A stretch of DNA of 63,591 nt, the filler included, from Neolecta irregularis DAH-3 (taxonomy: Eukaryota), in NCBI GenBank assembly GCA_001929475.1. It is 16 parts of 16 records of this genome, joined end to end, with 100 filler letters (N's around TTAATTAATTAA, not from the genome) between each part and the next. Parts side by side here need not be neighbours in the genome. Positions count along the whole stretch, not along the records: positions 9,899 to 13,148 come from LXFE01000230.1; positions 13,249 to 14,367 come from LXFE01002713.1; positions 14,468 to 30,872 come from LXFE01002715.1; 13 more parts are not named here. One strand, 5' to 3'. Below the pieces are notes generated by a model. That model saw only the letters and a list, made by a program, of their open reading frames with translations, was not told the DNA's origin and did no database searches. Numbering within the stretch: the first letter of the stretch is position 1; each line of letters starts with the position of its first letter. A program made the position numbers and the translations under genes. This document shows, one piece after another, positions 9,899-23,022 of the stretch.

Positions 9899-12800
9899 CA
9901 GCAGATGATGGAAAATCAGGAGAGTCCTCAAATTTAGATACAGATTCACCAAGCACTACTAAGCCCAACGCGAATCAAGGATTTTTCACTCCTATGCCGT
10001 GGCCAAACCTAGAAGTGGAGACATCGGAAATTCGAAGATATCTGACCGAGCCAGCCGAGGATGACCTAGACACTGATGAAGGAACTGGTAGTCCCTCATA
10101 TACCAACAAGATTGAGGAATCACTTGTTGTTCCTGAGACACCCAATAGATGGATAGAAGATTTAACAACTCCCGAAGTCGTCTGCCAGGATATAACTGAT
10201 ATTGTTCCTCCAGTTGAGGTTTTACCAGTAAATGAGATAACCATGCTCTTGGCATCTAGGGAAGAGATTCTCCCTGAAGTTTCTGATGATGGTATATGCC
10301 AATGACAAACAAGAATTAACTTATAGTATCAACCATTGTTGCAAGTACAACTAATCAAGAGATAGTTGAAGATATACCCAATGAAGGCGGGCGGCACAAG
10401 GTTGAACAAGAGAGAATTACGCCAAATGAAGATAGAGTCCCAGTAGTCCAAAATGGAACGTCATTAGATTCCAAAGATACCCATTCCACTGAACCAAATG
10501 AAACTACGAGACAAGATTCTTCTTCGAAGGTTCCAGATCAGGAAACGATCACATTTTCTTCTTGTAAAAGTTGTGAGATCCCGATTTTCAGTTTCTGATG
10601 TATAGGACCTTTTACCATCGATGAAAAACGTCGTTATGATTGCAAAAGAGCTTCATCTTCCTCAGAGAACAGTATCTCAAATCTGGTCGACGATCTTGAA
10701 AATCAAAAATCTGATGGTCCGGGCATTGATCATACAGGTGATTTCTGAGTCTCAGTTTCAGTGAATTAATATGTAGAACTAACTACCCAAGAGCGGCGTG
10801 AAGAAATAATCAAGCGGTTATCAAATCATAACACAAACATTCCTGACATAATAAATCCAGATGGTAAATCAATGGCCGTATACATATTTGCTAAAGACAA
10901 AGTCATTATTACGGTTGACCAACCTCATAACACTATATTGGGCAAAGGAGTTTCAAGTCCTGCTAACAAAGATGATCAAACACTACCCAACGTAATTCAT
11001 TCCAACGAACAAGGGGAGCATCCACTGGAAAGTTCAACAGAAACAAACTCACAAACATCTATCGCGGAATCTACGATTAGAACAAGCAGTTCTGATAAAT
11101 CGAACCCTCGCGATGAAATAGATCATGAAGAGTCGGATTCATTTACTCACTCATTTCCTAACCAAACGCCATCCACACCTATCACCCCAGTTGCTCCTCA
11201 ATTGAAGGATGCAGAGCATGCTGGATCAAGGTCCCTCAAATCAGGTGCAGATTCAGGCGATTCTATTGGTAAAATCAGCCCAAGGAATAAGGGAAAGGAA
11301 AAGGGGACCATGGACAATAGATCAAAAAGGGAGGTTCATAAACGTACTAAACCAGTGTTCAGTGGGAAAAAGCGTGCTAATCGTCAATTTGAGAGAAAGA
11401 GTCAAGATATAGAGTCAGGACCAGATGCAAGACGCCCTGTAAGTGCTAAAGTGGTTTCCTGTTTAACCATATATAGGAAGAGGTTTTCTCTCAAAGCCGT
11501 ATTATGGAAAGGCGAATCAATGAAAGACCAAATGTTTATACCTCTTGGTCAGGGGTCCAGCAGGAAGAGTTTGTCTGGAATAGTCCTGAACCATCAACTT
11601 CTATAACTCAATCTCCCATTGGTTCAACCATGGGAGTTCCCGATTCTTCTGAGAAAGAAGATCGCAATAATGATATGATTGAGGCGGCAGAGGAATATCC
11701 TGGGATAGCCCACTCAGGTACATAGGTTATTGATATAAAACTAAATCATAGTTCCATCAACAAAGTCACCGATATTGTCCTTGGATAGTCCAGATAGGCC
11801 CATAGATTCATTCGACCGTGACATTGCTACTTCCGATGGTGAAAGACCCTTTGAGAGGATATATCAAAATGGTTCAAATCCAGATGAGCATCTACCATAC
11901 TTCAATTCTCCAGAACCTCGCCAGTCCAGCAATTCTGTGCCTCACAGTACTGATCCAGTGAGGGAGGATACTTCGGGAATGTCCACCGATCCCTATTCAG
12001 AGGAATCTGAGCGACTCCTAGAGGGTGACATCGTTCCTTCACAGGTTGTACCTCATATTGGCACAACGAATGGAGAATCTTCCCAATCCGATTTACTTCC
12101 CAACACCTCGAAGATATTACACGAATCACAGTCAACATTCAAAGAATTCCAATCTTACGAAATATTGGACCATCCCGATGAATCATTAAAGGAAGAAGGC
12201 TTGTTCTCATCAGGTGAAGCAAGTCCTGTAACATCGATCTCAGAATCTACAATTCAAACAAGCGATTCATCCCACCTTGTCGATATTCGGGATAAAATAG
12301 ATTATCAACAGTCGGATTCATTTACGCACTCATTTCCTAACCAAACTCCATCCATACGCGAGAACCCAAATTTTGACACAGAGTCATCAAGCACTACTAA
12401 GCCCGATGCGAATCAAGGATTTTTCGCTCCTTTGCCGTGGCCAAACCTAGAAGTGGAGACATCGGGAACTCGAAGAGATCTGACCGAGCCAGATGGAGAA
12501 AGCGAACGAAACCTTAGTTCTGGTGAAGAATCTGAATTTGAGGACGAATCTGATGAGGACGATAATCTGAGTATGTCTCCATCCAGTTCTCAATTCTTAT
12601 ATTGCAGAAGTTCTGAATAGTAGTCCTCAAACTGCTGAAGTACAGCCAACTCGATCTGAGGTTGGATATGAGGGAGACTCTGAGGAAGAATCAGAGGAGG
12701 AATTTCGGTTCGAAGATGGAGAAAACAGTAGAACCCAACTTTCTGAGAAATCTGAGGAATCTGACGAGATCGATAGTCTAGGTATGTTTCCTTTCACTCC

Positions 12801-13148
12801 TCATTCCTCATATTGAAGATCATGTACTGCCTGAGGCTAGTGATGATTTTTCAGATGAAGGAGTGGAACAAACAGATGTTTCTGTTCAGAGTTTAGGTAT
12901 GCTCCATTCAGATTTCTTTCCTCAGTTTGCAGAAATTGCTCAGAAACCTTTCGGGTTTTATAAATTGCTTACCAAGGCGCGTGAATACATTTTTGGATCA
13001 AGAAATCAGGATGAACTTTTGGATGGAGAAAGCGAACCAAACCTTAGTTCTAGTGAAGAATCTGGATTTGAGAAGGAATCTGAATTTGAGGAGGAAACAG
13101 GAAAATATGTTGACCCCAACACCCAGTACTCGGATCCATCCAACCAGG
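9899..13148 (+). CDS. Large acidic S/E/D/T-rich multi-exon protein with internal duplications (both ends truncated)
   Basis: Consecutive + strand ORFs separated by short introns. Repeated blocks include STTKPxANQGFFxPxPWPNLEVETS, SDSFTHSFPNQTPS and DGESExNLSS. Confidence 0.7.
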
Positions 13149-13248
13149 NNNNNNNNNNNNNNNNNNNNNNNNNNNNNNNNNNNNNNNNNNNNTTAATTAA
13201 TTAANNNNNNNNNNNNNNNNNNNNNNNNNNNNNNNNNNNNNNNNNNNN

Positions 13249-14059
13249 CGGGGGCCAGCGCGAGGTCGATGTCGGGCGTGCCTGGGCGGTCAGCAGCGGT
13301 CTGAGCCGCGAGCCAAACCCGCCAGGCGCGAGCGGCAGACCACGGCGCCGCGCGCTGCCGCCGTGCGCAGCCGCCCGTTCCTAGCCCGTCAGCCGCGCCG
13401 CCTCCAACCGCCCGCACATGTCGGTGACCGCCCACACGTCTTCCGCGACGTCGATGCAGATCTCCTCGCGCGAGTCCGCGACGTGCGACCGCCGCCACGG
13501 CACCGCCACATTGCCCCGCGGCACCTCCCTGCGCCACGTCAGCACCGCCACACCACACGTGAGGCTTACTCCGTGCCCAGCCCCGCCGCGTGCATCAGGT
13601 TGTGCAGCAGCGTCGGCAGCAGCACGCGGTCGCGCAGCGCGTCCGCCTCCGTCAGCACAGGCTGCCCGTCCTCCGCCATCTCGTCCAGCAGCTGCTCGAT
13701 AACGTCCAGGTGGCTCTGGATAGTCACGCTGCGCAGCGCCACGCTCTCCCCAAAGTACTGCTCCAGAACAACAGCCACCCGCTCCAGAAACGCCAGCACC
13801 ACAAGCGGCGAGATCTCCTCAAAACACGTCGCTACAAACACGACATCCTCGCGCACAATATGTATCGCGGTCGTCGAGTCGAGCTGCAGGATCGGCCGCG
13901 TATTCCGCTGCGTTGCTTTAAACTGAACAACGAAATCGCGGAATGCCGCCGGCGTCAGCGTCGTTCGGAACGGATGCTGCAGGATTTCCTTCCTGCCATA
14001 AGCATCAGAGTTCGCCCACAACACAACCCTTGGTGGTCCATAATGTAAATCGCTTCCAT
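13249..14059 (-). CDS. APM3: AP-3 adaptor complex mu subunit (3' truncated)
   Basis: MEAIYIMD, then a longin domain ..QLLDEMAEDGQPVLTE.., then VPWRRSHVADSREEICIDVAE at the start of the mu-homology domain and GTPDIDL. Confidence 0.85.
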
Positions 14060-14091
14060 GGTGGTCGTTGCAGGTCCGGCACGAGACTGCC

Positions 14092-14295
14092 ATGCAACCA
14101 CCAGAAAGGCAACGCGACTGCGTTTTCTGCAAAACCATTGGCGCTACCGCCTTTATCGGCCTCGGACTATATTCATTCTACACCCACGCTTCAGAATCTC
14201 AAAAACCTGCCCCGACGCCTTTCGTTCGCTACGGCGGCCTAAGAATAACAGGTCTTGCCTTATGTCTGGCTGGATTTTATCGTTTCCTTTTGTAA
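14092..14295 (+). CDS. Small membrane protein, DUF4536/DMAC1-like
   Basis: 67 aa, DCVFCK CxxC motif followed by two Gly-rich hydrophobic helices. Confidence 0.7.
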   Translation: MQPPERQRDCVFCKTIGATAFIGLGLYSFYTHASESQKPAPTPFVRYGGLRITGLALCLAGFYRFLL

Positions 14296-14467
14296 ATGTT
14301 GATTATGAAATGTAAATTAGTCCGTAGACGTTATAAATTGATTATCTCTATCAATAGTATGTTTGATNNNNNNNNNNNNNNNNNNNNNNNNNNNNNNNNN
14401 NNNNNNNNNNNTTAATTAATTAANNNNNNNNNNNNNNNNNNNNNNNNNNNNNNNNNNNNNNNNNNNN

Positions 14468-15203
14468 TTTTACAAAAGTCCAACATCGATTGTCTGGCCA
14501 TGGACTCACGCCTTGGCATTAGGTCAATTTCATATTCGTGCAGTAAACAGGACTGTATGTACACATTCATACGCGGTTAAACAGTCTATCGTTCCAAAAC
14601 TGCTAGGTTGGACGGAAAATCCGTCCATATACGGAGTAGATATAGCCGCTTTCAACTACCCTTTGAGGACGAGCCAGATGATCGGCTATGCAGCATTTCC
14701 GCCTTTAATGATTCAGAGGCCTTTGAATTCAGATGGGCTCACATCTATTCATACTGAAAGGCCTTCTGCCGACACTGAAATAAATTGGAGACAACGGTGG
14801 GTTTATCCCAGGAAATTGAGCACGGCAAATAAACTGGGTTTGGCATATTGGTATTGAAAGTGAAGGTTTGAATAGTTATTAATACACAATCATCTGTAAG
14901 ATAGTCGTACGTAAATCGTAACGAGAGTAGGACAGTGTTTTAAGATTATCGGCAAAACAGAGAAAGGAAATGGCAATATGTACTTTTAAAATAAGATATA
15001 CTTTAAAATCGAAGGTGACATTGTTGAAAAAGATGAATCGTGTACGACATGATAGACTCGTCAGGATAATCCGCTCAACGAAAAAGCTTTGCACAAATGT
15101 ATTATGGACCGCGGCAAACAATTACAGGCCAGCTACTGTTGCTTATGCTTGCTTCCTTGAGGTATTGAAACCTGCGGTAACTAGCGCTTTGGAAATTTCA
15201 TAG
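14468..15203 (+). CDS. 3' part of an unidentified protein (contig edge)
   Basis: ORFs 14513-14857 and 14970-15203 with intervening intron-like sequence. No family recognised. Confidence 0.35.
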
Positions 15204-16381
15204 ATTCTCTCAAGACTCGATGTCGTTGAGTGCTTTCCTCAATTTTACTCAACCTCCACGAGCACTTCTCGGCAAAGACACAGTGCGAACATTTGAAGCT
15301 TTCTTCAATATCAACACCTGTTGGCGGTCTCTTTCCAGTCCTATGAATATCAGCTCAATTTTGAAAGTCTAAATATAGAGAATACCACCAGCCTAAACTA
15401 TCGTTTGCGAGCATTTCCAGTTGCACAGGGTCAAATTTTATGGATTGACTCGCAAAACAGGAAGAATCTGTCTGATGGATATAATGGACGAAAAGCTCTT
15501 GATTTACTGAATATCGAGCCAATTTTTTCCGCAGAGTATATTCCCATAATTTTCTCAACGTGTTGTTTTCAAGTAAAATATCCAAACAAAGAATTCCAGT
15601 TTCAGCCATTTCCATGATGAATGGCAGAGTTAGACATTTGTCGGGATCGACGCGAACTATGTTTGAGAATTTGACAAAGTCAAATGTTGCAGAAACTAGA
15701 TCTTGGAGTAATTGTTTGTAGAGCATTAGCTGAAAGGATGTTTGCTTTAACTGGAATTTTGAGGGAAGGGTAGGGTTTACTCGAGTTTTATAGTCGGCTA
15801 TAGATAATAGGATTGTTTGCGAGGTTTGTGCCGAGATGGATATTTCATCGATTATGCCAAGGACAAAGGTGTCATTGATGAAGCCAAAAACAGTCAACTC
15901 ACGCTATGTGGTGAATAGCGAACCAAGTGAACGGTACAGTTTTCTGGTGAGTCTCAAGCTCTGAAATAGCAAAGAGGATATTTATAAACCGTAGGGCCCA
16001 GCGATCTTCCGTGGAGGTGGCATGGGCCACTGGCTTAGTTTCATGCAGCTCGAGTTCAAGGGTTGCATGGACTTTCTGGCCCTTGAGCATGGCTATTTCG
16101 GTGTGTACGGGGCCAGGTGGGATGGCATACCTGGGGTAGTGCGTTTGTATCCTGATTCGAGGGTATAGGCGAGTTGCAGCTGGCACCAGACGGGGGCAAC
16201 GAGGTCTGAGACCTGCAAGATGAGCGGGTTGTGCGATGCGGGCGGAAACACTCAGAGGCCTGGCGGGGCTGCGGAAACGCATGATGGGGCTTGTGGGGCA
16301 CAGGCCGGCTAGATCGAGGGCAAGCCAGTCCGAGTCATGCAGGGCAGGATCGCCATAGTCTGAGCCTGAGGGGGAGCGCAT
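15143..16381 (-). CDS. EXO5: Exonuclease V (Exo5/Dem1) with Fe-S cluster cysteines
   Basis: LSVS/DLVAPVWCQLQ, G..VHATLELE, RELTVFG, GIIDEI, DYKTR, QLMLYK and a terminal KCSHCVFAEKCSWR. Confidence 0.92.
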
Positions 16382-16605
16382 AGGGGGCGGAGTGTAAGCG
16401 GGAGTGCAAGCGAGGGCGGGAGCGGGAGTACAAGCGAGACCAGGCGCTAGTGCAAGCGAGCTTCCCGGGGCGGCTGATTCAGCGGATCACGTGCGACACT
16501 CGCCCCTATTGCACGGGGCGCCATCGCGGGGCTCTGCCTGTCTGCAGCGCCCCGCTCCCTCCTGTTCGTTCGTTCTCCTCGCTCTCTACTGCTGCTGCTG
16601 CTGCA

Positions 16606-17458
16606 ATGCCTCACCGCCATCACCGCGCGCGTGCCGTGTCCCGTATCTCCACTGCCGCCCGCGCCGTGCCTGACCGCCACAGCCGCAGCCACCGACGCCA
16701 CAGCCGCAGCCCTCCCGTCCATCACCGCCAGCTACCCGTACGTGGCGGCCGCTGCTTCTCCTGCCGCCGCCGCCAGCCAGCCCGTGCTCTTCTTTGGCCA
16801 TGGCTTTTCGCAGCCGTTCTTCATGGTCCTCGTCCTGGCCGCAGTCTTTTTCGGTCTCGTCCTGCTTACCTGCGCCGGCTTCTTCTTCAGAAAGTGCGTG
16901 TTTTTCTGCGCCCCCGCTCAAGTCCAGATGCACCAAACAGCGAATGGCCACAGACGAGACCGATCAGCTGAAACGCCCAGCATTTTCCATCCAGTCAGAC
17001 TCGCTAGACGCCGCTGATTTGCTGCCCCCCGAAAAAGCAGCCCTCGAGCCGCCGGCCTACCGACCCGGCACGGCCCATTCCGCCCACGACCTCAGCCCGG
17101 GGCTGGCTGGCCAGCCCATCTTTTCCTGCGTCATGGACTTTGCTCCCAGCCAGGACGACGAGCTCCAGCTCCATGTGGGCGACCACGTCCGCATCCTCGA
17201 GTATTTTGACGATGGGTGGTGTATGGGCGAGCGCGCCGACGGAAAGATCCCGCGCGGTGTCTTTCCCCGGTACTGCCGCGCCCCACCGCTCTAACAGACA
17301 GAAACGTCATCAGCGACAGGCCCGTCACTTTGTCCGCTCCGCCACGACCAAGCGCCAGCCCGAGCCCCGACTCCAAAAGCACAGGCGTTTCAACGCCAGA
17401 CATTCCACAGACTCCCCTTCCGGCCGCTGTCAAGATGGAGGCACGACACATCTTTTGA
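16606..17458 (+). CDS. Single-pass membrane protein with C-terminal SH3 domain
   Basis: Predicted introns at 16643-16682, about 16894-16927 and about 17270-17301. TM FFMVLVLAAVFFGLVLLTCAGFFF, then SH3 DFAPSQDDELQLHVGD..DDGWCMG..GVFPRNVI. Confidence 0.8.
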
Positions 17459-17703
17459 TCCAGGACATATCTTTGATATAGACTATCAGATTTGCGAGCA
17501 GGTTCTCACCCTCCTCCCTCTTGCTTCTTCCCGTTCCTCTTTACATTCATTCTAGCCAATTGTTATTTCCCAGGGCGTCTTGTTTAGTATTTTATATTTT
17601 GAATAATATTTCCTTAGAAAGAGATTCATCCCAAAACACATGCATGCTATTATCAGAAATAAATCAATTAAACACGTCCAACTCCAAAATAAAATAAAAA
17701 CGC

Positions 17704-20160
17704 TCAATGAGCAAGATACTTGCCACTGATCAATCGATACCCAATATTTCCTTGCTCGTCCTTCAAAAAGACTTGCAGAAACATCGTTCCCGCTGTCGAA
17801 AATTTGACTCCAACAATACCTTTGACATCGCCCGCCGACGACTTTCCCAGTCTCGCCACAATCCGCTCCTCGTATCCCGCATTGAGTTGAACGTCTCCCA
17901 GACTCCACACGAGCCGTCTTTTATCCTTGTTGTATAAACCCACCGGTTTCATTTGACAGCTTGTAATTTCTTCTTCTAACGGGAACGATAATGTGATTAC
18001 GAGGCTTGTGTAAAAAGCCGTCTGGTTAGACGAATAACTTACAATTACACTTGATCGCGTAGCCTCGTGTTTCCAATTCAACCGGATCCTAATAGGAGCA
18101 AGAAAATCCGGTATTTGTAATTGATATTTTAACCCAATTTGTGCTTTTTGGAGCGTACTACAATCGATTGAAAATTCATTATTTTCCAATGGTGTAAGAA
18201 ACCCGGGATTAGGAACGAGGCGATCAAGTTGTTTATCGGTTTTCACAATGAGAATCTTGTCGTCTGGACTCTTGTCGTCTTCTTGGTGGTGATAGCTCAA
18301 TGCAATCTCTCCCCATACACTCCATTCAGTCATGTCGCCATCTACAATCTCTACGTTGACCGTTTCTAGAACAGATGCATTGAATCCCGGCTGATCTAGT
18401 TCTCCATGTCGACAAGTAGAGGTTTCAATAGATCGTTCTGATCTAGCGTCGTTTGTTCCAAAGGAATCGTTTCGTGTGAGCCATAATCGTCCCAATGACC
18501 CCGTCGGAGAAAGTTCACTGGACGCGGTACACGACGAAATCAACATTGTGTGACGATCCTTTCGACGGTTTTTGCGAGAATATGATCCAGATGATCCTCC
18601 CAACCGAAGCGTTGATGAAACTCGTGTGAGGGCTGCATTGGTTTCTTCTACCGGTGGTTCTGGGATTTGTTGATCCTTAATCTCGAGTTTGAATTGCGGG
18701 GAGGAAGGAAGATCACTAAGATTTTAGAACTTGGTCAGGACTGATACGTACTTGATGCTGCCAAATCCGTCCTCAGCAGCTGGTTCTCCCAGACTTTCAG
18801 GGCTCACATGAGCGTGGTTCTACACGGGTAAGCAGTTTATCAGTATTCTGAAATATACAGCCGGTTCCTCGTTTTTAGTCTCACGATGATCATTAAAAGT
18901 TGGAATATTTTGCTCGTTGACACTGTTTACAATCTGACCCAAAGAATGGCTATGCGATATCGGGATTTCAGGCAACTGGTCGAAAGATTTCCGGGGCTGT
19001 GGTGTTGAACTTGATTGCAAATACAGATCCCTCAGTGGAGTAGATGGCCTTGGACCTCTACTATCTCTTCGACTAGCTTTAAAAATTGTCCCTACTTTAG
19101 AAAGCATATTGGATATGTCTAGTCACCATTATTCTGTTGCCCAAAGAGAAGAATACCTCGATTGTGGACACTTGAATTATCGCTAGCTCCATAATGACTT
19201 GCGACAAAACTTGAATTAGATCCCAACCGAGGCTTCGCAGCAGCCGTTGGATCACCTAACAATAATGATCGTTGTACGTAATTGTCAATCTCGCTTTTGA
19301 CTGACAGATTCCCAATATCTAGGAGAACGCCATCTGAAATCTCAGTCTTGCGTTTTGCTTGTTCAATTTCAAGATTCTCGTATTTGTGGTATATATCTTT
19401 AATAAACTCAAGTCTTCGTTCATCAATGGCTTGGAATCGCTCAAACACAAAGGGTGCTTCGGTTTCCCATTGGCCACGGACGATAGACATTGATTCAAGT
19501 ACTTGCTCCACTTTTGTTGGTAGAGCTTTCCCTTTCTTTTTGACCTATAAAGTCAGATTCGAAGGGTAATAAACACATCGGCACCTTTTCAACTTTTCCT
19601 TCGGCTAGCTCAACATATTTTGCGAGAGAGGCTATATTCGATTCAACATGTCTCATCCCATGCCAGTCTTCGTCGTGGGCTTCAAATGCAAGTAACGTGA
19701 ATTCAATCTCTTCGGCTAATTTTGAGGCGAACGTAGAGTGAGAAGCACCAAGCTCTATAGTCGTTTCGAGAATCCTCTGCCAAATGGCATTAAACTCACT
19801 AGTCAAGTTAGAACTGTATACATGGAGTTCGGGGCACAAGTACCCCAACGCTGAGTGTTCTGTCACCACTGTTTTCCGAGATAGCTTTTGTAGATTTCGC
19901 GCATAGGTTTCTTCAATTGCAGCACTGAAGGGGTCAATCCAAGTGATTAAGCTGGATTGCACTTGCCGCTCTTTGAACCAACTTGCGAGTTCTTCGTTCA
20001 ATGCACGAGCTCGCTTCAAGCGATCTCGAAGTTGACTGGTTGCCGCGATAGGCGTCAGGTTGGCCTATTCAAAGCTTAATATACGATACCAGAGTATTCT
20101 CACGAGAAAAGCATTGGGATATTCTGAGCGCCCCAGTTGAGGTTCATCTGTTCTGGTCAT
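17704..20160 (-). CDS. SYP1: Muniscin (F-BAR + mu-homology) endocytic adaptor Syp1/FCHo
   Basis: N-terminal EYPNAFL..WFKER/AAIEETYARNLQKL F-BAR domain. C-terminal NASVLETVN..GEIALSY..RLISGKYLA muHD. Confidence 0.9.
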
Positions 20161-20275
20161 GACAAAGGAACATGGACTGAGCAGCTGACACAAAGAGGGA
20201 TCAAGGTTATGAGCGATGTGGCTCACGTGATATCGTACAGTTTACTTTTTGGTACTAGAATATCTGCCACAGCAA

Positions 20276-21411
20276 ATGGCTGATCCGCGATTGCAACAAC
20301 TCTTAAATGCATCTATAGAGCTCGGAGAACAGTCTAGACGGTCCGGATCCGGACCAAAGACATCCGGGGATTCTCACAATCTGGTGAGAATATTCCTGGA
20401 TACTTTAGTGACGCTACGAGAATCCTGACATCATCAATGCACTTATGGGCAAAAGCGATGTGCAGCATATGATCGAGGCAATGCAATGTATAGAAAATAC
20501 AAACGACACTATGGAAAACCGGGAAATCGCGTTCGATAATCTTGAGTTGGTAAATCTTTGTAAAGGTGATAAAAGCTCATGGAAAAGCTGGTAGAACAGC
20601 TCGATAACGCAAACAGTATATCTGCAGAGCTTCATGTCTAACAATCAGACCTTGAGACTGCAAACTTATGGGAACCATTGATACGCCAACTTGAGAGTCC
20701 ACAAGCTTCAATAAGAAGAATGGCTGCCTGGGTCTGTGGAACGGCTGTCCAAAACAACGAAAAATCGCAGTTGCACGTATAATCTCTATCTCCATTGTTA
20801 AAATTCTCAATGTATTAGTTCCTCAAACACAATGGGCTCGAACTCTTGTTAAAAATCGTTCAATCAGATCCTGAATATTGTGTTCGTGTAAAAGCTATTT
20901 ACGCCATATCAAGTGAGACTCGTCATAATCCATCTGGCTTGGAAATGTTCAAAGAGCTAGGTGGATGGGATATTTTTTCATCATTACTAGTAAAAGAAAC
21001 TGGTATATACTCTCTTGCGCAATTTTGACTTGAGGTATCGACATCCTGAAACGAGCAGTCTTCTTCTTCGGAAACCTTCTTCTTGACAACGATGAACCCT
21101 TCAATGCAGCGTCAGAATTCGAAAGACGGGATATTCTTGAGCCATTGGTTAGGTTGATTCTTATTGAGGAGATTTGTTGCAATGAAGACGTTGTAGAGAA
21201 GGTATATGGATATGAGGCGTTCTTTAAGCTGATTTCACTGCAGTTACTCTCTACCATCAAGTTGATTTTATCAAAGACGAGTTGCAAAGTACCGGCGACC
21301 TTGAAAGATGACTTGATGTTATCTATCCACGATGTGCAAAAACGATACGAAACAAAGATATTCACAGCAGCAGAGTGGGACGAACTAACACTTATTCTCC
21401 AGAAGAACTGA
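20276..21411 (+). CDS. FES1: Hsp70 nucleotide exchange factor Fes1
   Basis: EIAFDNLEL/LVEQLDNAN, AAWVCGTAVQNNEKSQ and KAIYAISS in armadillo-like repeats, multi-exon. Confidence 0.92.
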
Positions 21412-21563
21412 ATACTTTTGTTTCGACTTGTGAATTCTTGTGCATAGGTATAGAAAAATTAAATATCCACAGAGGTTGTAAATCACGTGCAATAAAACAG
21501 TTGGTGAAAAACGAGACTTCTCGCCTCATATTGGCCTACTGTTGAGTTAAAACACCACCTAAA

Positions 21564-22241
21564 ATGCCTCGGCCAGCTACAGAACCCGTAGACCGGCAAA
21601 AGACAACACCATTCCTCCTGCGTTTGTTTTACAAAAATGGCGGCTTTCATCAGTAAACTTGTTCCAACCATTCTTGTGTCTGAAACATTTAGCATCGATG
21701 AATTTTCGGTTGATCGTCAACCCATCCATGACGAGGTTATCATATATACATGGTTTCAGGTTTTCTCACAAAGTCTAACAATTACAGGAAAGACGCAACT
21801 CTCCTGGAACTAACCCAACTCCTATCCCAAGCCTGTCCTCAAGTCAAAAAAGCAAACACTCGCTGTGCATTTCGTCTAGTCTACGTAGACAACGTACGAG
21901 GACGAATGCAAACAAAAGATATCGGAACTGTTAATCTCATGCAAGCCAATGCAGAATCATCTCGAACGTTAGAGCAGGAAAGACTAGTCGTTGGAGATTG
22001 GCTAGATGTTGCTATTTTGTCAGGACCACGGGCGCAAGCTGGCAGGGAGCCGGTGATTAGAGGACGAGGCGGAGATCAGGGCTTCAGGGCAGCCAGAGGC
22101 GGGTTTGGTGCGCCGTACGGGGATAGGAGACGGACCGACGGGTTCGAGGATAGGAGACGGACCGAAGGGTTCGAGGATAGGAATGGGAGGGGAAGCTTTG
22201 AAAATGGACGAAGAGGTGATCGACGAAGTTCAAGATGGTAG
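21564..22241 (+). CDS. SAP18: Sin3-associated polypeptide SAP18 with RG/RD-rich tail
   Basis: VDRQKTTPFLLRLFY, IYTW/KDATLLEL, FRLVY and VGDWLDVAI. Confidence 0.93.
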
Positions 22242-23022
22242 GACCTTAATCTTCCACAATCTTTTTGTTGTAACGCAAGTATTTCCCTTGAAACGAATAT
22301 CAGTAGCTGGATTCGATAAAAGTAGTTTTGGACATCTCCTTTATCATACACATAGTCATCTTCGTAACAGCAATATAGATGTTTAATCAAATATTCATCA
22401 GATAAGGTCGCTAGTCTCGCTCCCTGGAAGTACATTGACCAAGGGAATGACGAAATGTATTACTGATAGAGATGTTTCCAAGCTACATCGTCTTAATGAA
22501 GGAAAGGTTTTCTGGGTTACTATTCACAAGAGATTGGATGCACTAGCAAGGTATGAGGAACTATGTATGTTTAAGCATACACGGAAATGTTTACTATGGT
22601 ACTACCTCTGGACTGGGTAGATGGGAGTTACAGGTTGAAATTCTGAATCTCGCTCTGGTTGTCTTGTTTGATTTAGTACAATTGTTTATCTACGAATTGG
22701 TTTCTATTCCTTAGTTTTCCTCCAAAAATTGCTGTTATATCACGTGATATATCTTTGTAAATTTTGGTATGGTAGCAAAACTCGCTATGCCGAAATATAA
22801 TAAAGAAACGTCACAAATTTGAATTTCTTGAAGAGAATTTCACATTTTATGTTTCAGGATTTCAGGATTTCAGAATATCTTTTCTTGGTACTGAAAAACA
22901 CACCCTGAGTCTCATAGACCAACATTTTGTGTCATCTTATATGCGGCTAAGACATTTGACTGAATTGTTTCTCTACTCTCAAAGTTTTAAATAAAAATAC
23001 AGCAGCCACTTGTTTTTTAAAG

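Noticed and set aside
22121..22182. 21-bp tandem repeat in SAP18
   Set aside because: Ordinary coding repeat in the RD/RG tail.
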